This document shows positions 48,568 through 55,721 of a stretch of DNA of 55,721 bases, in pieces. Each line of letters opens with the position of its first letter. Position 1 is the first letter of the stretch. The notes beneath the pieces were generated by a model. That model made no database searches. It was given only the letters and a program-made list of their open reading frames with translations, and was not told the DNA's origin. This DNA comes from Opitutia bacterium UBA7397 (GTDB lineage: Bacteria > Verrucomicrobiota > Verrucomicrobiia > Opitutales > UBA953): contig DKND01000044.1 of the NCBI GenBank assembly GCA_002470605.1, positions 44,410-100,130 on the forward strand. The letters are read 5' to 3'. The translations under genes were made by a program, and so were the position numbers.

Positions 48568-50388
48568 TCAGCCACCCGCGGGGACAATATGAGGCTGGTA
48601 AGCGATTTCTAGGGTGTAGCTCATGCCCGCCCGGAGAGCCATCGGCTTATCGCGTTCTAAAATCTGATAGAAATGGACCTTACCCCAGCAGGTACGATGG
48701 CGGGGGTCTTCGCTGACAACCTTTGTTTCCGCCCAGGCGGCATGAAAATCGTCCTTCAGGACTTCACAGCGGTGGGATTCTGGACCAAGTACCAATGCGT
48801 TACCAGGGGTCATCCGGGAATGCGTCGAGGCGATAGGAAGCACGAGGCGGAATTCTTCCAAGACAATGGCAGATTTGGCCGTGAGCGTGAAACGACCGAC
48901 CATCCGGCCACCCGCGAACTCCCAGTCCACTTTCATGGATGCCAAGTTCACCGAAAGCTTTTCGTCCCGATCGATGAGATCCGGCTGTTCGTAACGAAAA
49001 TGATAAGTGCCGGACTTAGTCCCCATGGCGACTTGGGCATTCTTACCATAGTAGGAGGGAGTGAAAATCTTGCCGCCCAAGGTGAATTCCGGAATGAAAG
49101 GAGAGGTAACCTGATTTGACGGCCAATCCATCACTCCTGGCATATGAGGGAATGCTAAGGAGTCAGAATAACGATGCGATCCAGCCGCCACCAACGGAAG
49201 TAAAACGTGCAAGCCGGAGGCCGGATCCTGGTAGGAGAGCAAACCCTGCTCTTTACGGGGAGATTTATCGAAAGAGAAATAACGGCAAACGGGGAGACGC
49301 GTTACGGGCTTCACGACGTCAAGCGACCCGCCGATCGTCTTAGCCAAACGGGACCACTGGGAGAGGTACCGAGCGGCATCAAAATTTGCCATCCGCGTCG
49401 TGTGCCCGGGAATCGTATCCCGCTCATGGTCACGGATTACGATCAAGCCGTGCTCGGCATCAAAGAAGGTCGTGAAGAAATTCGTGTAGAGCCGGCGGAC
49501 CAAGTCACGGGCTTGAGGTTCCTTATCGACCGCGATCCATCGGTCCCGGAGCGCTTGCAGCAACAACGTGGTGCAATGCATCTGGCCATAGGCACCGATA
49601 CCGCGTCCGAAACACCAACCCGTGCCGTCTTCGCGGACGATATCCATAATCACCCGGACATATTTTTCGGAAAGCGTCCTCAGTTTCGGCAGCTTCGCAT
49701 CACGGACCTGGATGTTGGCATGAAGTTGAAGGGCCTGCCGGACGAAAATCAGGGCAACGATACCGTAGAGATCGAAGACGCCGCCGAAGTTTTCGGCGTG
49801 AGCGGCACGGGAAGCTTCGTCATGGAAACCTCCGGTGGAATTCGCCGTGATGCGCTCGATGAAACGATCGACCAGCGGACCGGTTTCATCTTTTTTCGAA
49901 AGACCAAAGGAGAAGCGGCATACCGCCTTGGCGATATCAAAAGCCTGAACATGGTCATGATGGTCGTGGACGATCGCCAGACGCTCTTCGATCGACTTGC
50001 GCGTCGATTCATCCAGTTGCTCCCAGACTGGGTTACGCTCGCGGGTCGGTCCGAAAGCCAACAGGCCAAGACAAGCGAATGCCATGCCGTTATCCGATCC
50101 CTGGCTCAGCCTAACCTGGGCCGTGATGGTGCGGGTGACGATCTCGACGATATTCTGACGCTCCAAGGTCAGCTCACCGGTGGCGCGATAGTATTCCCCA
50201 AAGGCCAAGGCGGCATGACCAGGCTCATCGGCGCGGGTTACCTCGCCGGAAACCGGGATGATAGTGCCATCCGGTGCGATGGAACTGAAGTTGAGTTTTA
50301 AGAGTGCCTTTGTTTGATCCAGACACTGGCTCGCGAAATTCTGCATTGCGTAAGGTCTTGGGATTGCGGGACTCCATGACACTGTCAA
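48568..50388 (-). CDS. Hypothetical protein (606 aa, no family recognised)
   Basis: A long uninterrupted ORF with ordinary globular composition and no signal peptide. It lies on the same strand as its neighbours. The helix-rich N-terminal two thirds are followed by a beta-looking C-terminal third. Confidence 0.6.
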   Translation of the reverse strand: MTVSWSPAIPRPYAMQNFASQCLDQTKALLKLNFSSIAPDGTIIPVSGEVTRADEPGHAALAFGEYYRATGELTLERQNIVEIVTRTITAQVRLSQGSDNGMAFACLGLLAFGPTRERNPVWEQLDESTRKSIEERLAIVHDHHDHVQAFDIAKAVCRFSFGLSKKDETGPLVDRFIERITANSTGGFHDEASRAAHAENFGGVFDLYGIVALIFVRQALQLHANIQVRDAKLPKLRTLSEKYVRVIMDIVREDGTGWCFGRGIGAYGQMHCTTLLLQALRDRWIAVDKEPQARDLVRRLYTNFFTTFFDAEHGLIVIRDHERDTIPGHTTRMANFDAARYLSQWSRLAKTIGGSLDVVKPVTRLPVCRYFSFDKSPRKEQGLLSYQDPASGLHVLLPLVAAGSHRYSDSLAFPHMPGVMDWPSNQVTSPFIPEFTLGGKIFTPSYYGKNAQVAMGTKSGTYHFRYEQPDLIDRDEKLSVNLASMKVDWEFAGGRMVGRFTLTAKSAIVLEEFRLVLPIASTHSRMTPGNALVLGPESHRCEVLKDDFHAAWAETKVVSEDPRHRTCWGKVHFYQILERDKPMALRAGMSYTLEIAYQPHIVPAGG

Positions 50389-50459
50389 CGCATCATCGTA
50401 TAAAAGTCGTAAGAATGCCTATTTCCTCGCCGTTTGTCACCGAGATGGCCGACGGACGG

Positions 50460-50993
50460 CTAAGACTCGAAAATCACCTCGACCGGACAGCTCGCAAGGC
50501 GCTTTTGAAGCCCTCTGAGACGCTGGAGAGGCCACCAGCGATAAAGCAGGATGTCGATGGGCTTCCAGAGGCCGACCCAGCCGCAAATCGTCAATCCCTC
50601 GCGAATCCAAGTATTGACCACACCAGGCTCACTCGGGACCACGCTTCGAAGGGCTAAGGTTAAAGCCAAGAAAACAATCCCAATCGCCAAGGTGGTCCGA
50701 CCTTCGCGGAACAACTCTTGCAAATCGCTGCGGGTGACTTTGGCGCGGTAGCTAAAATAATGCCTAATCGACTCTTGGATGAGCCCAGTGGTGGATGGGG
50801 CGAATTCTTGCCGCAAGATAACTTTGATATGGAGTTGGGCACCATCATCGTGTTCGCGCGCCCAGCCGACGATGAATTCTTCGGCATCATGGTCGAGATC
50901 CCGCTCATGGAACGGTGAAGTGTCCAGGGTATTGAAAAGTTGTCCGACGTGGCCGATCCGGAGTTCGATTAAGCCGGGCGAAGGGAGGGACAT
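50460..50993 (-). CDS. Hypothetical membrane protein (177 aa)
   Basis: Starts 3 nt after the S9 peptidase stop. A soluble N-terminal region of about 100 aa is followed by two hydrophobic segments (TLAIGIVFLALTLALRSVV and GLTICGWVGLWKPIDILLY). Confidence 0.55.
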   Translation of the reverse strand: MSLPSPGLIELRIGHVGQLFNTLDTSPFHERDLDHDAEEFIVGWAREHDDGAQLHIKVILRQEFAPSTTGLIQESIRHYFSYRAKVTRSDLQELFREGRTTLAIGIVFLALTLALRSVVPSEPGVVNTWIREGLTICGWVGLWKPIDILLYRWWPLQRLRGLQKRLASCPVEVIFES

Positions 50994-50996
50994 AAA

Positions 50997-53216
50997 TTAG
51001 CGAGGTAAGCCTAAGGCGCTCAGGAAGAACTGCATCCGTTTCTCCCGCATGGAATCGGATTCACCGGCCCCATGATTAGCCCCGGGAATGACATGAAGCT
51101 GGAAAAGATCTTTCTTTCCGGCGGCCAATAATGCATCTCGGAAATCATAAGTGCACTGGACATCCACATTGGTATCGGATTCTCCGACGCTCAGGAAAAG
51201 CTTTCCGGTCAGGCGGGACGCATAGGTCGAGCAGGAATTTTCTGAATACCAGGGACCAAGCGGGTAGCCCAACCATTGCTCGTTCCACCAGAGCTTATCG
51301 ATGCGATTGTCATAACAACCGCAATCGGCCGCACCGGCCTTATAGAAATCTCCGTAAAGGAGCATCGCGTGGGCGGTGTTCTGTCCGCCGGCGGAACCGC
51401 CAAAAATCCCGACACGCGAGACATCCATGTTCTTTTCAACCTGGGCGGCAGCCTTGATCCATTTGATACGATCGGGGAATCCTCCATCCTTGAGATTACG
51501 CCAAATCTGCTGCTGGAACTCCTTGCCACGGTTATAGGTACCGCGCCCGTCCATCTGGACGACATAGAATCCGCTCAGGGAAGCCTCGTATAAATTGCGA
51601 TTAAGCAAATTGAAATTATACGGCGCAAAAGAACCGTGCGGACCGGCATAGATATGTTCCAAGACCGGATATTTCTTCTGCGGGTCGAAAGGGTAAGGAC
51701 GGAGGATGACGCCCCAGATGTCATATTTCCCTTCCCGATCCTTAGTATGGAAAGGAATCAGGGGTTGCCAGCCGGCCTTGGCCAGGGGTGCGATCGTAGT
51801 AGTTTCAAGCTGAACGATGGCGCGTCCATTATCTCCGCTTCTTAAGGTGAAGACGGGCGGCTGGTTCACCCGTGAGGCCGTGTCGATCAGGTAGCGACGG
51901 TTTGGCTCGAACTCAACGGAATGATCCGCGTCGCCGGGCGTCAGGTCAATGACCTTGGTCCCGTTAAACAGCGCCTTACAGAAATGCTGTTGATATGGAT
52001 TTTCGCTGGGCTGGCGGCCTAAGGCAATAAAACCGACCTCTTGGGCCTTGGTGTCGACAAACTTGACCTGCTTCATCACCCAATTACCGGAAGTGACGGC
52101 GCTGAGGGTCGTACCTGACCGCAAATCGACGTGATAAAGATGAAGGAAGCCGCTGCGTTCGGATGCCCATAAAGTACTGTTCTCGTCTAGGTCATAGCGA
52201 AAACGGCCGCCTGAAGTAAAAACGAACTTCGGATCATGCTCGTTGAGCAACGTACGCCATTGCTTGGCCGTCACGTCATATTCGATGACGCCATGTCCGG
52301 TGAAGCCGCGTTCGGTATACTGCGAACGAACACGGGTCGAATCGGCCGTCCAATCCAATCGGGTATTCTCATACGAGCGCGGCAATACTTCCAGGGGAGG
52401 GCGGGGCGATGCTTCCGCCTTGAGGACAGAAAAGACCAATGGTGTCCGTTCCGTAACATCATCGCCCGGGCGAGCGTAGGGAACACTCTTGGTGCTATTA
52501 ATAAGTGTATTTATGACCTTATACATCCTCGGAGGCACCACCTGTTCGCGCCAAAGAGCGAAATTCTTGCTGTCCGGCGACCATGATACTGGCCCGACAT
52601 AGCGGTTGGTAGCCTGACCATCAGAGGTCATGACAAGGACATTACTCGGTTTCGCCACCTCGGTCAGAAGCACGTTGCCATCCCAAAAAGAAACTTTCCA
52701 TTTTTCGTCCGGGGACAGATCCGAAAGCTTGCCGGAGTTGGCAAAATTCTCCGAACGTGAGGAAGAAGAACGACTACGTTTGGCATTAGAGCGGGTTGAG
52801 TTTACGGCCAAGACCTTACTCGGAGTCAGCCGACCGTCCGCCTCAACAATCCAAGATTGTTTTTCACCGACAAGAATGATTCTACCATCGTCCATTGGCT
52901 CGATATACTTGAACGGCAGGTTTCGCGGAGAGACCCTTTGGTTCAATGCCAGAGAAAGTTGATCGACGAGTTTGACCTGATCGTAGGCCAAGCGCACCTG
53001 ACCTTTACCGCAATCGACGAGTTTCCATGTCATGCGGCCTTCGGCATCTGCAACGGAGTACACCAATTTTTGGCCGTTCTCGGACCATTTTATATTTTGC
53101 AGCCGCACCATGGGAGCCAATCTCCCCCAACTGTCCATTTGTTTTGACCAATCGCTGACCTGCGAAGTCTGGCCGAATACCAGAAACGGAGCGAGCAGCA
53201 GGAAACGAAACAGCAT
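50997..53216 (-). CDS. S9-family serine peptidase (dipeptidyl-peptidase IV-like), secreted
   Basis: Signal peptide MLFRFLLLAPFLVFG and a long propeller-type N-terminal region. The C-terminal alpha/beta-hydrolase carries the nucleophile motif GIFGGSAGG plus downstream GESDTNVD and GANHG (Asp/His candidates). Confidence 0.88.
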   Translation of the reverse strand: MLFRFLLLAPFLVFGQTSQVSDWSKQMDSWGRLAPMVRLQNIKWSENGQKLVYSVADAEGRMTWKLVDCGKGQVRLAYDQVKLVDQLSLALNQRVSPRNLPFKYIEPMDDGRIILVGEKQSWIVEADGRLTPSKVLAVNSTRSNAKRSRSSSSRSENFANSGKLSDLSPDEKWKVSFWDGNVLLTEVAKPSNVLVMTSDGQATNRYVGPVSWSPDSKNFALWREQVVPPRMYKVINTLINSTKSVPYARPGDDVTERTPLVFSVLKAEASPRPPLEVLPRSYENTRLDWTADSTRVRSQYTERGFTGHGVIEYDVTAKQWRTLLNEHDPKFVFTSGGRFRYDLDENSTLWASERSGFLHLYHVDLRSGTTLSAVTSGNWVMKQVKFVDTKAQEVGFIALGRQPSENPYQQHFCKALFNGTKVIDLTPGDADHSVEFEPNRRYLIDTASRVNQPPVFTLRSGDNGRAIVQLETTTIAPLAKAGWQPLIPFHTKDREGKYDIWGVILRPYPFDPQKKYPVLEHIYAGPHGSFAPYNFNLLNRNLYEASLSGFYVVQMDGRGTYNRGKEFQQQIWRNLKDGGFPDRIKWIKAAAQVEKNMDVSRVGIFGGSAGGQNTAHAMLLYGDFYKAGAADCGCYDNRIDKLWWNEQWLGYPLGPWYSENSCSTYASRLTGKLFLSVGESDTNVDVQCTYDFRDALLAAGKKDLFQLHVIPGANHGAGESDSMREKRMQFFLSALGLPR

Positions 53217-53261
53217 ACGAGCATTCCAATCTAACGGCCGTCAGACTCAACCCCACATTGC

Positions 53262-55721
53262 CTATTTCTTCATTTTCTCTGATTTATTCTTGGTCGTCTT
53301 GGGCTTTAAGGCTGAAAGATAGGCCACGACATCACGAATTTCTTCAGGTGTGAGGATCCCGAGCATAGGGGGCATTACGGAAACGGGCGGGGTGCGCGAA
53401 GCAATCAGGCTGACGGAGATTTTCTGCGTCTTTCCATCCGTTGACTTGAAATCAACGCTCTTGGTGTTTTCCGTCATGACGCTTCCAGTAAGAGTGGTCC
53501 CGTCCTTCAAGGTGATAGTTCCGATTCCAAAGCCTTGGACAATCTTAGCCGATGGCTCGACCAATGATTCAGCGATCTCATCCTTGGTACGTTGGAGCCC
53601 TACCTGTCGGAGGCTAGGACCGACCTCACTGCCTTCATCCGATTCGACCCGATGGCAAGCGATGCAATTAGCCGCAAGGTGTCCGTTGATGAGAGCCTTA
53701 CCTCGGTTCGCATCGCCTCCGTCGGTCAGCAACTCATAAGGAATCTCGGGCGATGCCATCCTCAGGCCACCTTTAGGTCCGGCGTGGAGATATTTATCGA
53801 GCATCTGAATCATTTCCGATGAGGCAGATTGTCGGGCAAGGGCATAGACGTCTAATTTTAACCCGGAATCTAGCTTACGAGCGACGAGACGGGCGACAAG
53901 TTCTTGGAGGAGCTTAAGGGATTCAGAATCATTTCTTCCGCGAAGTACTGTCACCATGGCTTGTTTTTCGGGTATCTTGGCCGATTTTGAATTAAGGATC
54001 AGGCGTGCCATGCTCATGGCAGAAGCGGCATCGCGGGCAAAGAGCTGGCTGACCGCTTCGATGCGAACCTCCGAGGGGTTGCCTTCTCCAGCGGCGTTAC
54101 AAAGCGCATGGATGATGGTATCAGATTGATCTTTCTTTCGACCCAGCAGTCGCAGGCTTTGCAACCGAACACCCGAAGCAGTCTTAAGATCCTCAGCGAG
54201 GGCGAGAAGGACAGGAAAGGGCAGGTCTAATTCATATTTTACCATCAATTCAAGCACCGCGGCGCGTTCCTCGGATTGTTGAATGCTCAGAAGTTGATCT
54301 TGGTAAGTCCGCAAGAGCCGGCCGATTTCAATTTTATCACGTGGCAAGTATTTCTTGGCCGTACCGTCAACCAGATCAAGCACGGGAGGCTGATCAAAGA
54401 CAAGAAGGGCGTTCAAAGCTTCCCGCCGGAGGGGAGTGCCGGCGGGTTGCGCCAAGATCCACTCCAGAAGCCGGCGCAATGCGGCAGAATCACCCTGACG
54501 CAGGTTGGCATTGAGCGCGCGACGAGCCGCCTGAAACGGTAGGCCTGGAGCACCAAAGATTTCGGCAAGCGCGGTACCGGAGGATGGGATGCCCTCATCA
54601 TCATGAATCGCCCGGGCGGCTTCATTGACGACATCGGGATTGACGTGATTTAAAAGTTTCCCGAGCAGCGGCGATTTCTGACGTATCAGTGCCAGCGTCG
54701 CAAAGACGGCTTCCGCATCTGACTTAGACTGGGCAATAGCGAGAAGATCATCAGCCGATTGAGTACCCGCAAGGCCAGTGACCAGACCGTGGCGTAACCA
54801 AGGCAGGCGCAAGTCGGCTTCAGCGTCGTGAATAAAATCCTTGAAGGGAACTTTTCCTCCCATTTTTCCGAGCGTGATACCGGCTTGCGTCCGGACGCGT
54901 AAATCTATCTGACCGAGTTGTCGTAAGGACGCTGCGAGAAGTAAATCGTTCATCTTGGCTTCACTCAACACCTTGAGCGCCTGAACCCGAACTTCGTGAT
55001 CAGCGTCGTCGAGCAAGGATAGTGAAGCGGAGACATCGGCTACCTTACCGTGACGTACGCCCATCCCATACCCCCAGATAGCATGGATACGGGCGAAACG
55101 AGCTGCTTGAGGGTTTTTTGCGACGGCGAGCATCTCAGCCCAAGCACCCAGTCGATCCAAGCGTATCGAGGCATTGACCCGGACGCGTTGGTCGCGATGA
55201 CCTAGCAAACCAAGAAGTTCGGCTTGGGGAATCGAGACTGAAAATGGCTTGGAAAGAAAGGCCTCGGATGACGTATCGACATTAGGAGCGACATCGAATC
55301 GCCAGACCGCGCCTTTGCCGTCGAGGGGATACCCTCCCATCCAGTCGGCGAAATAAGCTTTTCCCTCCACGCCCCAGGCCATGCCGATACCCATGATACC
55401 GCTACTTATCGTCCGGAGATTTGTCTGCCGAAAAGAATCCTGCTCAGGCTCCAAGGTAAAGGCGTCCAACTTTCCCTTAGGAAATTGATCCAGAAAGAAG
55501 TGTCCGCGCAAATCGCCATCGAGGGCGTGGCCTGGTTCGTGAAGGAAGCCGGCCGGACCGTCGGAATAATTCGCGATCGGGGGCGTGATGAACAAAGGCT
55601 GATTGGGGGCGCCCTTAGGCATCCACATGTTTTCCGTCATCCACCGACCTTGTAGTTTCATGTACTGATTTTGGCAGCGCCAGCCGGAGTCCGAACCTTC
55701 CAGCAGGTAGACGAGACGCTC
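53262..55721 (-). CDS. PVC-type heme-binding CxxCH protein with HEAT-like repeats; 5' end lies outside the window
   Basis: C-terminal cytochrome c motif ANCIACHRV and a long helical-repeat (HEAT/ARM-like) middle region. The frame stays open from ATG 55661 to the window edge (hand translation ERLVYLLEGSDSGWRCQNQY precedes the M), so the gene is probably truncated by the window. Confidence 0.8.
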   Translation of the reverse strand, partial: ERLVYLLEGSDSGWRCQNQYMKLQGRWMTENMWMPKGAPNQPLFITPPIANYSDGPAGFLHEPGHALDGDLRGHFFLDQFPKGKLDAFTLEPEQDSFRQTNLRTISSGIMGIGMAWGVEGKAYFADWMGGYPLDGKGAVWRFDVAPNVDTSSEAFLSKPFSVSIPQAELLGLLGHRDQRVRVNASIRLDRLGAWAEMLAVAKNPQAARFARIHAIWGYGMGVRHGKVADVSASLSLLDDADHEVRVQALKVLSEAKMNDLLLAASLRQLGQIDLRVRTQAGITLGKMGGKVPFKDFIHDAEADLRLPWLRHGLVTGLAGTQSADDLLAIAQSKSDAEAVFATLALIRQKSPLLGKLLNHVNPDVVNEAARAIHDDEGIPSSGTALAEIFGAPGLPFQAARRALNANLRQGDSAALRRLLEWILAQPAGTPLRREALNALLVFDQPPVLDLVDGTAKKYLPRDKIEIGRLLRTYQDQLLSIQQSEERAAVLELMVKYELDLPFPVLLALAEDLKTASGVRLQSLRLLGRKKDQSDTIIHALCNAAGEGNPSEVRIEAVSQLFARDAASAMSMARLILNSKSAKIPEKQAMVTVLRGRNDSESLKLLQELVARLVARKLDSGLKLDVYALARQSASSEMIQMLDKYLHAGPKGGLRMASPEIPYELLTDGGDANRGKALINGHLAANCIACHRVESDEGSEVGPSLRQVGLQRTKDEIAESLVEPSAKIVQGFGIGTITLKDGTTLTGSVMTENTKSVDFKSTDGKTQKISVSLIASRTPPVSVMPPMLGILTPEEIRDVVAYLSALKPKTTKNKSEKMKK

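Noticed and set aside
49207-50301. A 364-aa stop-free ORF on the plus strand, antisense to the 606-aa hypothetical gene; a possible overlapping gene or the real coding strand.
   Set aside because: Equally long antisense ORFs lie opposite genes whose identity is certain: 273 aa opposite topB at 21624..22445, 226 aa opposite the CNNM gene at 43566..44246, and 178 aa opposite the aminotransferase. This looks like a compositional property of the genome. The minus-strand ORF is longer, spans the whole interval and matches the orientation of its neighbours.
1-55721. Window-wide search for CRISPR arrays, IS elements, integrases, prophage genes, tRNA or rRNA genes and long direct repeats.
   Set aside because: None seen. 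The spacers are too short to hold them, and every long ORF is either a housekeeping family or one of the listed hypotheticals. A computational repeat or tRNA scan (tRNAscan-SE, MinCED) would be needed to exclude small elements formally.

Overview
This is a gene-dense chromosomal segment. No gap between features exceeds about 220 bp, and many neighbouring genes overlap by 1-4 nt. It reads as core genome of a PVC-superphylum bacterium, most likely Verrucomicrobiota. That is an inference from the PVC-type heme-binding CxxCH/HEAT protein, a small PVC-style conserved hypothetical protein, and the overall gene content. Nearly every long ORF is a recognisable housekeeping gene. These include valS, the sucA-sucB-lpdA 2-oxoglutarate dehydrogenase operon, rimO, rsmA, trpC, mazG, ribE, tatA, topB, panD, lpxK, ppk, recR, mutS, hisC, panE, nadB, hisF, dtd, menF and metG. 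The one non-coding gene I can support is a small SRP (4.5S) RNA in the valS upstream spacer, which the ORF track cannot show. I see no CRISPR array, transposase, integrase, phage genes, rRNA/tRNA, or recognisable defence or biosynthetic island. I do not find a convincing new multi-gene system, and most of the window is ordinary. The items worth a second look are: (a) a HAD phosphatase fused to a DUF721/DciA-like domain; (b) a Cys/His-rich 163-aa ORF attached as a fourth cistron to the ODH operon; (c) two uncharacterised proteins (606 aa and 177 aa) in a minus-strand block with an S9 peptidase and a PVC heme protein; (d) all eight convergent CDS pairs abut or overlap, leaving no terminator space; (e) a tandem MazG / YgjP-like / NUDIX trio. 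All family calls rest on motifs I recognise in the translations; no searches were run.
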